NCBI GenBank assembly: GCA_040901985.1
Contig: JBBDYC010000008.1
Span: 240,490 to 304,489 of the forward strand
Length of the DNA: 64,000 nucleotides
Reading direction: 5' to 3'
Source of the DNA: Gemmatimonadaceae bacterium
GTDB lineage: Bacteria; Gemmatimonadota; Gemmatimonadetes; Gemmatimonadales; Gemmatimonadaceae
Notes under the pieces: generated by a model
The model's input: only the letters and a program-made list of their open reading frames with translations
Databases searched by the model: none
Told to the model about the DNA's origin: nothing
Part shown: positions 18,178 to 27,753 of the stretch, piece after piece
Layout of the letters: each line of letters opens with the position of its first letter
Position numbering within the stretch: position 1 is the stretch's first letter
Position numbers and translations under genes: made by a program

Positions 18178-21003
18178 TCATCGCCGTGGGCCTGTCACGC
18201 GGGCCCGAGTGAGCTGCCGTAGCTGGAGCCGGTACGCCGCCGCCTGCGCCCGGCGCTGGAGGGAATCGGCGGCGCTGGCGCGCACCGCGAGGCTGCGCGG
18301 CAGGAAGTTCACGAAGAGGCTCGGCTCCGGATGGTCAAAGACCGCGGCGACGTCCAACGCGCGTTGGTACTCCCCCCGCGCCATCAGCAGCTCGGCGAGG
18401 AGCATCCGCTCGACCGCCAGCGGCTCGAAGAAATCGTAGGTGAGTTGATCGCGTCGGGCCGTCGGCCGAAGCGCCTCGAGTCGGCGGATTGCCTCGGCGG
18501 TGTCGCCTTGGACGAGGGGGACGCGCGCCGCGACAGCGTCGCGCAACAGCGCGAGTCGTGGGACCTCCGGCGCCGAATCGGCAGACGCGGCGAGGCGCGC
18601 CGCAATCCGCTCCACCGGCGCCCGATCGCGACGATGCGTGTGCCACGCGGCGAGGAGCCACTGGGTCACCGCGCCGGCGCCAGCGTACCCTGCGCCGAAG
18701 CGCTCGCGCGAGTACTCGACCACCCCGTCGGCCTGCGCGTGGTACGGTGCGCCCGCCAGCGCATTCACGACGTGGAGATACAGCACCGCACTGATGCCGG
18801 CGGTGCGCGCGGAGTCGAGCATCTGCAGTGCCGCCGCGTGATCGCCCAACGCAACCAGTTGGCCGTGCAATCCAAGAAAGGCACCCCACCTCACGCCGGC
18901 GTCGGGCGCGTTGACGAGGAGCGTGCCAAACCCATCCGTGGCGCACTCCGTATGCTCGGGGGCGAGGGCGAGCACCTTGGCCGTGCCGAGCGCCGCCGCC
19001 GCGTCCTGCGCGACGAATGGCCCCCACGGCGCCCGCGACGGATCCCGAAGGCAGTCGCGGAAGATGCCGAGCGTCCGCATCCACGAGGCGTCGGCGCCAG
19101 CCAGGCGGAGGCGCGCGTAGTACCGGTCGAGCGCGGCGAGGTCGCCGCGCCGCGCCGCCGCCTCGGCGAGGTGCATCAGCGGCGGCGTGAAGGTGGTGTC
19201 GCGCGCCGCCGCCGTGTCGAAGTACGCGAGGGCCACGACCTGCGGCGCAAGCGTCGCCGGGAGGAGGTGATAGTGGACCTCGCCAAGGGCCATATGCGCC
19301 TCGTCCCAGTCGGGCGCCAGCGCGAGTGCGGCGCGCAACAGCGTGACGGCGCTGTCGGCACTGCCCGAGAGGTAGGCGCTCAGTCCTGCGGCGAAGGGTC
19401 GGTACTGGGCGGGGAGGGCGGCCTGGTGGTCGAGTGCGCGCTGCGCCAGCTGCCGCGCGCGGTCGAGGCGATTCAGCCAGCTCGCTGCCTGGGCGGCGCG
19501 GATTGCCGCGTAGGCGAAGGTCGAATCCTCGGCGTGGGCGCGCTCGAACAGTTCGAGCGCGCGCGTGAAGCGCGCCGCGCGATACTCCCGCTCGCCCTGC
19601 GCCTGCAGGGCGAGGGCCGCCGGGGCCACGTTGAGCAGGGGCGCGAGATCGCGGACACGGCCGGGCGCGAGCCAACGCAGCAGCAACTTGCGCGTGGCCT
19701 CGAGGCCGAGCGCGGTGAGGTCGGCCGGCGCGGCCGCAGCGGCGCGCTCGATGGCGACCACCGTGTCGGCGCCCGCGTCATAGAGGCGGAGCACCACCGC
19801 CTCGTCGGCGCCGCTCCGCTGGATCGTGCCGTCAATGAAGTAGCGCACGCCGTTCTTCCGCGCGAGACGACGCGCCATCGCCGCGTCGAGTCGGGCCGGG
19901 TCGGCGCGCGTGGCGGAGTCGAGCCAGTCCCAGCCGTGCCGCCAGGTGATCGGGCGGGCGTGGTCGAGCGCCAGCTCGATGGCGTACGCGATGTCGTCAG
20001 GCACCGCCGCCGTCGCGCTCGCGGTCGCCGGGTCGCGCACCGGAAAGACGGCAATCGCATTGCCATCGAGCGGCGTTGCCGTGGCAAGGACGGCGACCGC
20101 GAGTGCCGCAACTGCGATGCCGGCCGCCGCCATCGCCCGCCGCGACTTCAGGAACGCAAGGGGCGTCACCGGGCGCGTCAGCGCCGCCACGAACCGTGGC
20201 GCGTCGGGGTAACGGTCGGCGGGGCTCTTGGCCAGCACCCGCGCGACCGCCTCGGCCAGCGGCGCCGGGACCGTCGGCCGGAGCGTACGCAGCGACGGCG
20301 CCGGCTCGACGCGGTGCCGGGCGATGATCGCCTGCGCCGTCCGCCCGAGGAATGGCGGATCACCGGCGAGCATTTCAAAGAGCACGATGCCTAGCGAGTA
20401 GAGGTCGCTCCGTCCGTCAATCACCGCGTCGGCGTCCGTCTGTTCCGGACTCATATAGGCCGCGGTGCCGATGACGAGCCCCTCGCTCGTGAAGCGTTCG
20501 GTCGCCGCGCGCGTCACCGCCCGGGCAATCCCGAAGTCGGCGAGGATCGCCACCCCGTCGGCCAGCAGGATGTTCTCGGGCTTCACGTCGCGGTGCACGA
20601 TCCCGGCGCGGTGCGCGTGTTCGAGCGCGCCGGCGATCTCGACCGTGATCCGCAGCGCCTCGTCCACCTCGAGCTGCCCCTCCGCCCGCAGGCGATCGCG
20701 AAGCGTGGGACCGGCGACGTACGGGAGGACGCAGTACGGCAGGTCGCCGACGCGTCCCGAGTCGAGGATCGGCAGGATGTGCGGATGCTGCAGGCGCGAC
20801 TCGATCTGGATCTCCTGCAGGAATCGCTCGACGGTCACCGCGACGGCAATTTCCGGGCGAAGCACCTTGATCGCGACTTCGCGGGAGTGCCGGAGCTCGG
20901 TCGCCTGGTAGATCAGGCTCATTCCTCCACGGGCGATCTCGCGCGTCACGGTGAACCGACCCGCCAGATGCGCCGCGAGCGTGGCCTGGAGGTCGTCGCT
21001 CAT
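18178..21003 (-). CDS. Hanks-type Ser/Thr kinase with TM, TolB-like domain and TPR-like repeats
   Basis: ARGGMS, VAIKVL, HRDVKPEN, DFGIA, YMSPEQ, DLYSLG; TM AMAAAGIAVAALAVAVLA; helical repeats. Confidence 0.93.
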   Translation of the reverse strand: MSDDLQATLAAHLAGRFTVTREIARGGMSLIYQATELRHSREVAIKVLRPEIAVAVTVERFLQEIQIESRLQHPHILPILDSGRVGDLPYCVLPYVAGPTLRDRLRAEGQLEVDEALRITVEIAGALEHAHRAGIVHRDVKPENILLADGVAILADFGIARAVTRAATERFTSEGLVIGTAAYMSPEQTDADAVIDGRSDLYSLGIVLFEMLAGDPPFLGRTAQAIIARHRVEPAPSLRTLRPTVPAPLAEAVARVLAKSPADRYPDAPRFVAALTRPVTPLAFLKSRRAMAAAGIAVAALAVAVLATATPLDGNAIAVFPVRDPATASATAAVPDDIAYAIELALDHARPITWRHGWDWLDSATRADPARLDAAMARRLARKNGVRYFIDGTIQRSGADEAVVLRLYDAGADTVVAIERAAAAAPADLTALGLEATRKLLLRWLAPGRVRDLAPLLNVAPAALALQAQGEREYRAARFTRALELFERAHAEDSTFAYAAIRAAQAASWLNRLDRARQLAQRALDHQAALPAQYRPFAAGLSAYLSGSADSAVTLLRAALALAPDWDEAHMALGEVHYHLLPATLAPQVVALAYFDTAAARDTTFTPPLMHLAEAAARRGDLAALDRYYARLRLAGADASWMRTLGIFRDCLRDPSRAPWGPFVAQDAAAALGTAKVLALAPEHTECATDGFGTLLVNAPDAGVRWGAFLGLHGQLVALGDHAAALQMLDSARTAGISAVLYLHVVNALAGAPYHAQADGVVEYSRERFGAGYAGAGAVTQWLLAAWHTHRRDRAPVERIAARLAASADSAPEVPRLALLRDAVAARVPLVQGDTAEAIRRLEALRPTARRDQLTYDFFEPLAVERMLLAELLMARGEYQRALDVAAVFDHPEPSLFVNFLPRSLAVRASAADSLQRRAQAAAYRLQLRQLTRARVTGPRR

Positions 21004-21025
21004 CGGCGGCGCGGTGGAGGCCGGT

Positions 21026-21778
21026 TCACGGCATACCGATGCTGACGCTGCCGCAGACCGTGGGGGCCGTCGCCGAGCACGCGCGCACGGTCACGGTGCC
21101 GCGCGACACTCGGGTGATCCGGCCGTCCGCCGTCACGGTGACCGCCGCCGCTGCCGACGACGACCAGATGACATCCTGCCGCACCCGCAGCGGGCCGTGC
21201 ACCTCGGCCGCCAATTGCGCGGAATCGCCGAGCGCCAGCACCCTGACCGGACTGCGCACGCTCACCGAGGTCGCCGGATCGGCCGCGTCGAGCCGTAGGA
21301 CGAGCGCCGTCACTTCGCTCGGCCAGCCGAGGGCTCCTGCCGCGCCGTAGCCCGCCGCCTCGTGCAGCGCCGCGCGCGCGGCGGGCGTGTCAATGGCTCG
21401 GATTGCCCACGCCGCCCGTTGCTGCGATTCGCTGAGGAGGTTGCGGAGCGCCCGCGAGAGCATCACGGCCGAGTCGGAGAGCCCGTGGCCCCTGAAGATC
21501 GTGTCGAGCGCGGCGGCGCGTTCCGCCAGCCGACGTTCCTCCCACACCTGGGCAAGGAAGTTCTGCTGGTGTGGCCACGCCGCGCCGCGATACAACGCGA
21601 CGACCAGCGGCTCGAGTGCGGCGTCGCCGTGCGCGACCACGCGCGCGAGCTCCGTCGGACACTCCTCGCACGTCAACCAGGCGGCGACGTCGCCGCGCGG
21701 GTCCGCGCAGGCGACGCCTGCCAACAAGGCGAGCGCCACGCGGAGCGGGTGCGCCGCCAGACGTCGGGACATCGTCAC
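21026..21778 (-). CDS. Lipoprotein with helical (HEAT-like) region and C-terminal Ig-like (Big_2) domain
   Basis: Lipobox VAC; CEEC; WSSS...VTVTADGRIT..GTVTVRA; GTGA overlap with the upstream gene. Confidence 0.75.
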   Translation of the reverse strand: MTMSRRLAAHPLRVALALLAGVACADPRGDVAAWLTCEECPTELARVVAHGDAALEPLVVALYRGAAWPHQQNFLAQVWEERRLAERAAALDTIFRGHGLSDSAVMLSRALRNLLSESQQRAAWAIRAIDTPAARAALHEAAGYGAAGALGWPSEVTALVLRLDAADPATSVSVRSPVRVLALGDSAQLAAEVHGPLRVRQDVIWSSSAAAAVTVTADGRITRVSRGTVTVRACSATAPTVCGSVSIGMP

Positions 21779-23151
21779 CATCCGGGGGCCTCACAGAATG
21801 CGGCGGACGCCCCGAGGCGCCCGCCGGCGTTGGCGATTGGCCGCACGTCGCGGGACAGGAGTCCGCAGGCGCCCGCATAGGGGTCGCAGCCACAATCCAG
21901 CTGGGGCGCCGCCGCCGCGGCGAAGAAGGAACGCGGATCGAAGTGCATCCGGTACACCTGGCCGAGCGAGAGCCGGGTCCGCGCGGCGGTGGTCTCCAGA
22001 TTCACGCGTCCCCACATCAAGTTGTCCTTCGCGAAGCCCTTGATGGCATCTACGTGACCGGTGTGCCGCCCATTCTCGCCCCACGGAACGACGAGCCCCG
22101 CCAGATGGCCGAGCTCGTGGGCCAGCGTGCTCGGCAGCGCATTCGGCTGGATGCGGATGACGTTGTGCGGTGCGTCTGACCCTTCCGGCGGCCAGCAGTA
22201 CTGGCCACGCGCTTCCGTGAAGGCGTCCATCACATAGACGTTGATCGCGTTGGGGTCCCAGAGATCGGGAGTCGAGCCGGTGCCGGCGATGTCACCGTCG
22301 AGCGCAATCTCGTCAAAAAGCGTGCTGCAGTTGATGGCCGACGACAGGAGGACCTTCGGCGGCGCGATGCGCTGGACGACCAGGCCGGCGCGCGCCGCGA
22401 ACAAGATGCCGTTCGCCACGCCGATCGCGTCGTCCATCTGCGTGGCACGATTGGCGAGGATGGTCGCGACCTCGCCAGCGCTCAACCCCGCGGCGGCGAA
22501 CATCTCCTCGTGGCGGAGCAGCCAGATCCGCAACTTCGCCGGCCGCCAGACGGCCGCCGTCGGGAACGGCTGGTCGTCCGCCGCATCGGTCCACGGCTGC
22601 CCGCGAGCCGGCGCCGCATAGCCGGTGAGCGCAACCAAGTCCGTCGGGACGCACGCCTGGCCACGCGCGGCGAGCGACCCGCCGCGGACAAACGACACCG
22701 TATGGTCGCTGGGGCAGACTCCGTCGCCACCTATGGTCAGGAGCACGCTGGGAATCACGTGGTCCTGTGCCGTGGCCCGATCGCCACTCGGGACGACGAG
22801 ATCCACCACCAGTTGATCCGTGCGGCCGCCAGCCCGGACCTCGACCGTGACCCGCCCCGAGGAGGCGGTGGGCATGGTGATGCGAGCGTCGCGTCCGTTC
22901 GCCCCGGTCGTGATCGCCACGCCGGGCGCCGAGGTGTGCCAGGTGATCGGCTCGTCAATGAGGTCGCCGCCCTTGTTCTTTCGATACCGCGCCCGGGCGT
23001 CGAAGGTCGCGGTGGTCGCGCTGGCGTTGTTGACGGCGATCTGCACGCGGGTCGGGAAGACCTCGACTTGCTTGCAGGCAATCGGGGTCAGCGCGAGCGC
23101 GACGACCAGCGCGCGCGTCACTGGTTGGGACAACAATCGTGACGTTGCCAT
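21775..23151 (-). CDS. Lipoprotein with Ig-like domain and metzincin-type zinc metalloprotease
   Basis: Lipobox IAC; AINVYV, LAHELGHLAGL, later His and DNLM Met-turn. Confidence 0.8.
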   Translation of the reverse strand: MATSRLLSQPVTRALVVALALTPIACKQVEVFPTRVQIAVNNASATTATFDARARYRKNKGGDLIDEPITWHTSAPGVAITTGANGRDARITMPTASSGRVTVEVRAGGRTDQLVVDLVVPSGDRATAQDHVIPSVLLTIGGDGVCPSDHTVSFVRGGSLAARGQACVPTDLVALTGYAAPARGQPWTDAADDQPFPTAAVWRPAKLRIWLLRHEEMFAAAGLSAGEVATILANRATQMDDAIGVANGILFAARAGLVVQRIAPPKVLLSSAINCSTLFDEIALDGDIAGTGSTPDLWDPNAINVYVMDAFTEARGQYCWPPEGSDAPHNVIRIQPNALPSTLAHELGHLAGLVVPWGENGRHTGHVDAIKGFAKDNLMWGRVNLETTAARTRLSLGQVYRMHFDPRSFFAAAAAPQLDCGCDPYAGACGLLSRDVRPIANAGGRLGASAAFCEAPGW

Positions 23152-23401
23152 GAGAGCCGCCGGGTCAGATGACCCACCGACGACGCGAACCGCTCGGCTG
23201 GCGCCGCGGCACGCTCATCGGGGTGCACCGACGGCTAGGATACGGCATCCAGGTCACCCGCGCCAGAGGGGGGAGGTGGCGCCACGCACCTTGAAGCCGG
23301 GTTGCCGGGGTCCGCCGGCGGTGGAACCGCCCACTGTGGGGTACCAGAAACGCGTCTCCTGTGCACCTCGCCCCCCACCCGTTTGGCAAGAGGCAGTTTC
23401 G

Positions 23402-24568
23402 ATGGACGCGCGAACGGCCACCGGCCAGAAGGGGCAGGCCTCTGCCGACCTCCGACAACACGACGGCACCCTCGTCGCCGAGCTCGCGGGCACGTGGCAG
23501 CTTGAGTACGCCACCCCGCGGTTCGAGCCGTTGATTGAGGCCGCGCTCGCCGACGGGAACCTGCCGCACGCGACAAACCGTACGATCGGGTTTGATGGCA
23601 CGGCGCTCGGCGAATGGGACAGCAGTCTGCTGATTTTCCTGCGCCAAGGGCAGGAATACTGCGAGTCCAATGGCTACACGTTCGACACCGCAGGCCTGCC
23701 GGGGCGGATTACCCAGCTGCTCTCGCTCGCCAACGTCGTGCCGGAGCGGAGCGTCGAGGCCGGGGCGCCAGAGCCCTCAAACGTTGCGCAGATCGGGGTC
23801 GTCGGCATCGCGGCGTGGGACTCCGTCGTCTCCGCGCTGACGTTCCTCGGCGAGGTGGCCCAGGGTCTCGTCCGGCTGCTCACCGGCAAGACCCGGATGC
23901 AGTGGCGCGCCTTCTGGGTCGTCGTCCAGTCGAACAGCTCCGGTGCGCTCCCCATCGTCACGCTCATCGCAGTGCTGCTCGGCGTGATCATCGCCTTTCT
24001 CGGCGTGGTCGTCCTGCAGCGCTTTGGCGCCGGCTCCTACGTGTCGTACCTGGTCGGCTACGGGATGCTGCGCGAGATGGGCGCCCTGATGACCGGCATC
24101 ATCATCGCGGGTCGCACCGGTGCCGGCTTCGCCGCCGAGTTGGGGAGTATGAAGATCACCGAGGAGTTGGACGCGTACTCCACGCTCGGCATCTCGCCGA
24201 TTGACCATCTCGCGCTTCCGCGCCTCCTGGGGCTCTTCGTGATGATGCCCCTGCTCGTGGTGTACGCGGATTTCATCGGCATCCTTGGCGGAATGTTCGT
24301 CGCGGTCTCGTTGCTGGACCTCACGGCCACGCAGTTCACGACCGGACTGCTGTCCGCGGTGAGTCTTTCCGACGCGCTGCTCGGCGTGTTCAAGGGGATG
24401 ATTTTCGGAGTGATCATCGGACTGTCCGGATGCTTTCAGGGCCTGCGCACCGGTTCTGACGCGAGCGCGGTAGGCCGGTCGGCAACAGCGGCCGTCGTGC
24501 TCGGCATCACGCTGATCATTGTCGCGAACGCCGTGGTGGATTGGATGGCGGCGCTGTGGCACGTATGA
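23402..24568 (+). CDS. mlaE: MlaE-family ABC permease with N-terminal STAS-like domain
   Basis: WDSSLL STAS-like region; LREMGALMTGIIIAGRTGAGFAAELGSM..EELDA. Confidence 0.9.
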   Translation: MDARTATGQKGQASADLRQHDGTLVAELAGTWQLEYATPRFEPLIEAALADGNLPHATNRTIGFDGTALGEWDSSLLIFLRQGQEYCESNGYTFDTAGLPGRITQLLSLANVVPERSVEAGAPEPSNVAQIGVVGIAAWDSVVSALTFLGEVAQGLVRLLTGKTRMQWRAFWVVVQSNSSGALPIVTLIAVLLGVIIAFLGVVVLQRFGAGSYVSYLVGYGMLREMGALMTGIIIAGRTGAGFAAELGSMKITEELDAYSTLGISPIDHLALPRLLGLFVMMPLLVVYADFIGILGGMFVAVSLLDLTATQFTTGLLSAVSLSDALLGVFKGMIFGVIIGLSGCFQGLRTGSDASAVGRSATAAVVLGITLIIVANAVVDWMAALWHV

Positions 24569-25329
24569 CAAACGGCACCCCACCGGTCGAGGTGACGAAC
24601 CTGACGATGCAGTACGGGTCGTTGGTGGTGATGAACGATCTCACGTTCGCGGTCAAGCGCGGCGAGGTCTTCGTCATCATGGGCGGGAGCGGCAGCGGAA
24701 AGAGCACCCTGCTCAAGTATCTCGTCGGGCTCCGGACGGCCGCCGCCGGCGCGGTCCGCATCAATGGCGAGGACCTCACGGCGGCGGACGTCGAGACGCG
24801 CCGGCAGAGTCTGCGTCGCATCGGCGTGCTGTATCAGGGGGGTGCGCTCTGGAGCGGGCTTACGCTCGCCGAGAATGTCGCGCTGCCGCTCGAGGAGCTG
24901 TCGGATCTCGACGCGGCGGCGATCGCCGAGGTCGTCGAGCTCAAGCTCGCGTTGGTCGGCCTGCGCGGGTACGGTGGGTTCTATCCCAGCGCCATCAGCG
25001 GCGGGATGCGCAAGCGCGCCTCGCTCGCCCGCGCCATCGCGTTGGATCCCGACGTGCTCTTCTTCGACGAGCCGTCGTCGGGGCTCGATCCCATCAGTGC
25101 GAGCCGACTCGACGACCTGATCATCGCCCTCGCCGAAAGCTTTGGCACGACGATCGTCGTCGTGACGCACGACCTGGCCAGCATTTTCCGGATCGCCGAT
25201 CGGGCGCTCTTTCTTGACATCTCGCAGCGGACGATGACCGCGCTTGGGCCTCCCGCCGAGCTACGCGACAATCCGCCCAACGACGAGGTCCGTCGGTTCC
25301 TCACCCGCGACAGTGGGAGCACTGTATGA
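24565..25329 (+). CDS. mlaF: MlaF-family ABC ATPase
   Basis: GGSGSGKS, ISGGMRKR, FFDEPSSGLDP. Confidence 0.93.
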   Translation: MTNGTPPVEVTNLTMQYGSLVVMNDLTFAVKRGEVFVIMGGSGSGKSTLLKYLVGLRTAAAGAVRINGEDLTAADVETRRQSLRRIGVLYQGGALWSGLTLAENVALPLEELSDLDAAAIAEVVELKLALVGLRGYGGFYPSAISGGMRKRASLARAIALDPDVLFFDEPSSGLDPISASRLDDLIIALAESFGTTIVVVTHDLASIFRIADRALFLDISQRTMTALGPPAELRDNPPNDEVRRFLTRDSGSTV

Positions 25330-26318
25330 GCGTACGCGCAAATCCGACGGCGATCGGGGCATTTATGATCGGCGCCGTTGCCATCGTCATCGTCGGCACG
25401 GCCGTGCTGGCGTCGGCCACCTGGTTCGAGAGGCGATCCACCTTTGTCGGCTTCTTCAGCGAATCCGTCAACGGACTCGAGGTCGGCGCCCCGGTGAAGT
25501 TCCAGGGCGTGCCGGTTGGCACGGTGACGGGAATCCAGATTCAGATTGACCGGGAGGAGAGGACATTCCAGGTGCCCGTGCGGTTCGACGTGAATCTCCG
25601 GATGCTCGAGACGGTGCGGGGGTCGTTCATGAACCTCGCGGATTCGGCGGAGCTCGCGCGGCAGATCGCCGAGGGCTTCCGTGCGCAGCTCCAGATGGAG
25701 AGCCTCGTGACCGGCCAGCTCTACCTCGAGCTGAGCTATGACACTGCTGCCGCGCCACCCGTGCTCGAGCCGCACGTCACCAGGTGGCCCGAGATCCCGA
25801 CCACGCCGTCGCTGATGTCCGCGCTCGGTACCGGGGCCGGCAGCGTCGTGGCCGATGTGATCAAGGTGCTCTTCCAGGTGAATGAGATCTTGGCGGAGAT
25901 TGATATGCCGGAGATCAACACGGCAGTCGTGGCGACGGCACAGTCCGTCCAATCGCTGGTGAATGCGCCGGAGATCCGCGCCGCGCTGGCACAGGTTCCC
26001 GCCGTGACCGCCCAGGTCACACGCACGATGGCGGCGGTCGAGACCTTTGCAACGACGGCAGAAGGCGCGGTCGGGCCGATCGGCGTCCAGGTGGAGCGCG
26101 CCACGACCGAAATGGCGAACGCGCTGACCTCGTTGCGGAAAACGCTTGAGGAGACCCATGGGCTGTTGTCCACGGATTCCGGCATCGGGTTCGAAATCCA
26201 GGCGGCGCTCTCGAGCCTCACGGAGGCCGCCAATGCATTGCAGTTGCTAACCACGACCATTGAGCAGAGCCCTGACATCCTGCTGCGCGGCAAGAAGCCG
26301 CCGGAGAAACAGCCATGA
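25326..26318 (+). CDS. mlaD: MCE/MlaD-domain protein
   Basis: SVNGLEVGAPVKFQGVPVGTV; N-terminal TM; helical tail. Confidence 0.9.
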   Translation: MSVRANPTAIGAFMIGAVAIVIVGTAVLASATWFERRSTFVGFFSESVNGLEVGAPVKFQGVPVGTVTGIQIQIDREERTFQVPVRFDVNLRMLETVRGSFMNLADSAELARQIAEGFRAQLQMESLVTGQLYLELSYDTAAAPPVLEPHVTRWPEIPTTPSLMSALGTGAGSVVADVIKVLFQVNEILAEIDMPEINTAVVATAQSVQSLVNAPEIRAALAQVPAVTAQVTRTMAAVETFATTAEGAVGPIGVQVERATTEMANALTSLRKTLEETHGLLSTDSGIGFEIQAALSSLTEAANALQLLTTTIEQSPDILLRGKKPPEKQP

Positions 26319-27016
26319 CCCGCGCACCCGGACGGACCTCTCTCTCCCTCGCGATGGCAGCGCTCGTTGTCACGGGATGCTTCAAGCTTTCTCGCACCTC
26401 ACCACCGGTGGAGCGGTACGTGCTTGGCGGTGCCGTCGCGGCGCCGGACGAATCGCTCCAGCGGGATTCGGCCGGCCTCTCAATCGGACTGCGGCGACTC
26501 GACCTCGCGCCGTATCTCTCGACACTCGCCATCGTGGTGCGTCGGGCTGACAACGAGATCATCACCACCGGATTCCACCGGTGGGCCGAGAGCCCGAGTG
26601 CCGGATTGAATCGCGCGGTGTCCGGGTATCTCGCCGTCTCGCCCGGCATCCGTGCGGTGGACGTGGCTCCGTGGCCGGTCCGCGCCGAGCACGATTACCT
26701 CGTGCAACTGCACGTGTCGCGGCTGGAAGGCGTGGCGGCCGGCGGTGCTGCCGCGAGAACGGGTGAGTCGCATCTCTTGGCGCGGTGGGAGATCATCCGG
26801 CCGGGCGACGGCGCGTTGGTCGCGCGCGGGGCGACCGATTACCGCTCCCCCGACTGGGTCCTCACCGACTATGCCGGGCTCGTGTCGCGGTTGGATCGCG
26901 GACTGGTGGTGCTGGCGAAGGATCTGGTGGCGTGCCTGGCGCGGCTCGGGCCGGCAGTGCCGGCGGACAGCGTGGCGGGCCCCGCCGCGCCGACGCTGGA
27001 GTGTGCGGCGCGGTGA
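26315..27016 (+). CDS. pqiC: PqiC-family auxiliary lipoprotein
   Basis: Lipobox VTGC; LAPYL, HRWAE motifs. Confidence 0.85.
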   Translation: MTRAPGRTSLSLAMAALVVTGCFKLSRTSPPVERYVLGGAVAAPDESLQRDSAGLSIGLRRLDLAPYLSTLAIVVRRADNEIITTGFHRWAESPSAGLNRAVSGYLAVSPGIRAVDVAPWPVRAEHDYLVQLHVSRLEGVAAGGAAARTGESHLLARWEIIRPGDGALVARGATDYRSPDWVLTDYAGLVSRLDRGLVVLAKDLVACLARLGPAVPADSVAGPAAPTLECAAR

Positions 27017-27023
27017 CGGACGC

Positions 27024-27070
27024 ACGGCACGAGCCCCCTCGAGTGCACGAGGGAACGTGGTTCGTGTCGT
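27024..27070. terminator. Nested hairpin between convergent genes
   Basis: ACGGCACGAGCC...GGTTCGTGTCGT outer stem (G-U pairs) with inner CCCTCG/CGAGGG stem. Confidence 0.45.
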
Positions 27071-27753
27071 CAGCCCGTATCCAGGCCACCGCGGCGTCGG
27101 AGTGCCTCCACGACCGCCGGCACCTCGCCAATCCGCGCAAACCAGTGATCCGGCGCCGTCGTCTCCAGCTGCGCCCGCGAGAACGGCCCCCAGAGCGCCG
27201 CCCCCGTCACCACCCCCGCCGCGCGCCCGGCCAGCATGTCGTGCGTCGAGTCGCCGACGAAGATCGCCCGCTCGCGACGCCCGCCGATCAGCGAGAGCGC
27301 GTGCCACACCGGCTCCGGCTCCGGCTTGTGCCGCTCCGTCGCGTCAATGCCCACCACCGCGCCAAAGCACTCCTCCACGCCAATGTGCCGCAGCGACCGC
27401 CGCGCGCCCTCCTCGAGCTTCGACGTCACCACCGCCAACCGGTGCCCCGCCGCGTGCAGCGCCCGGACCACTTTCACAACGCCCGGATACGCCGCCGTCT
27501 GCGCGTCGTGGTTGGCTACCTGATACTCGCGGTAGCGCCCACGCAGGTGGAGCAGATCCGCCTCGTCCTCGGCGTACGGCCGGATCATCGCGTCGAGCGG
27601 CGTGCCGATCGCCGCGACCCACTCGTGCACCGGCGGACGCCGCGTGCGATCGGCAAACGCGTGCTCCATCGACGCCACGAGCAGGCCAATGGAATCCACC
27701 AGCGTCCCGTCGAGGTCAAACAACACGGCATACGGCGCGCGAGTTGCCGTCAT
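27070..27753 (-). CDS. HAD-superfamily hydrolase (PpaX/Gph-like)
   Basis: FDLDGTLVDS, VTSK, HKPEPEP, VGDSTHD. Confidence 0.92.
   Translation of the reverse strand: MTATRAPYAVLFDLDGTLVDSIGLLVASMEHAFADRTRRPPVHEWVAAIGTPLDAMIRPYAEDEADLLHLRGRYREYQVANHDAQTAAYPGVVKVVRALHAAGHRLAVVTSKLEEGARRSLRHIGVEECFGAVVGIDATERHKPEPEPVWHALSLIGGRRERAIFVGDSTHDMLAGRAAGVVTGAALWGPFSRAQLETTAPDHWFARIGEVPAVVEALRRRGGLDTG

Noticed and set aside
23402..27016. Mla/Pqi operon as a novel system
   Set aside because: STAS-MlaE, MlaF, MlaD, PqiC is a known, widespread arrangement.
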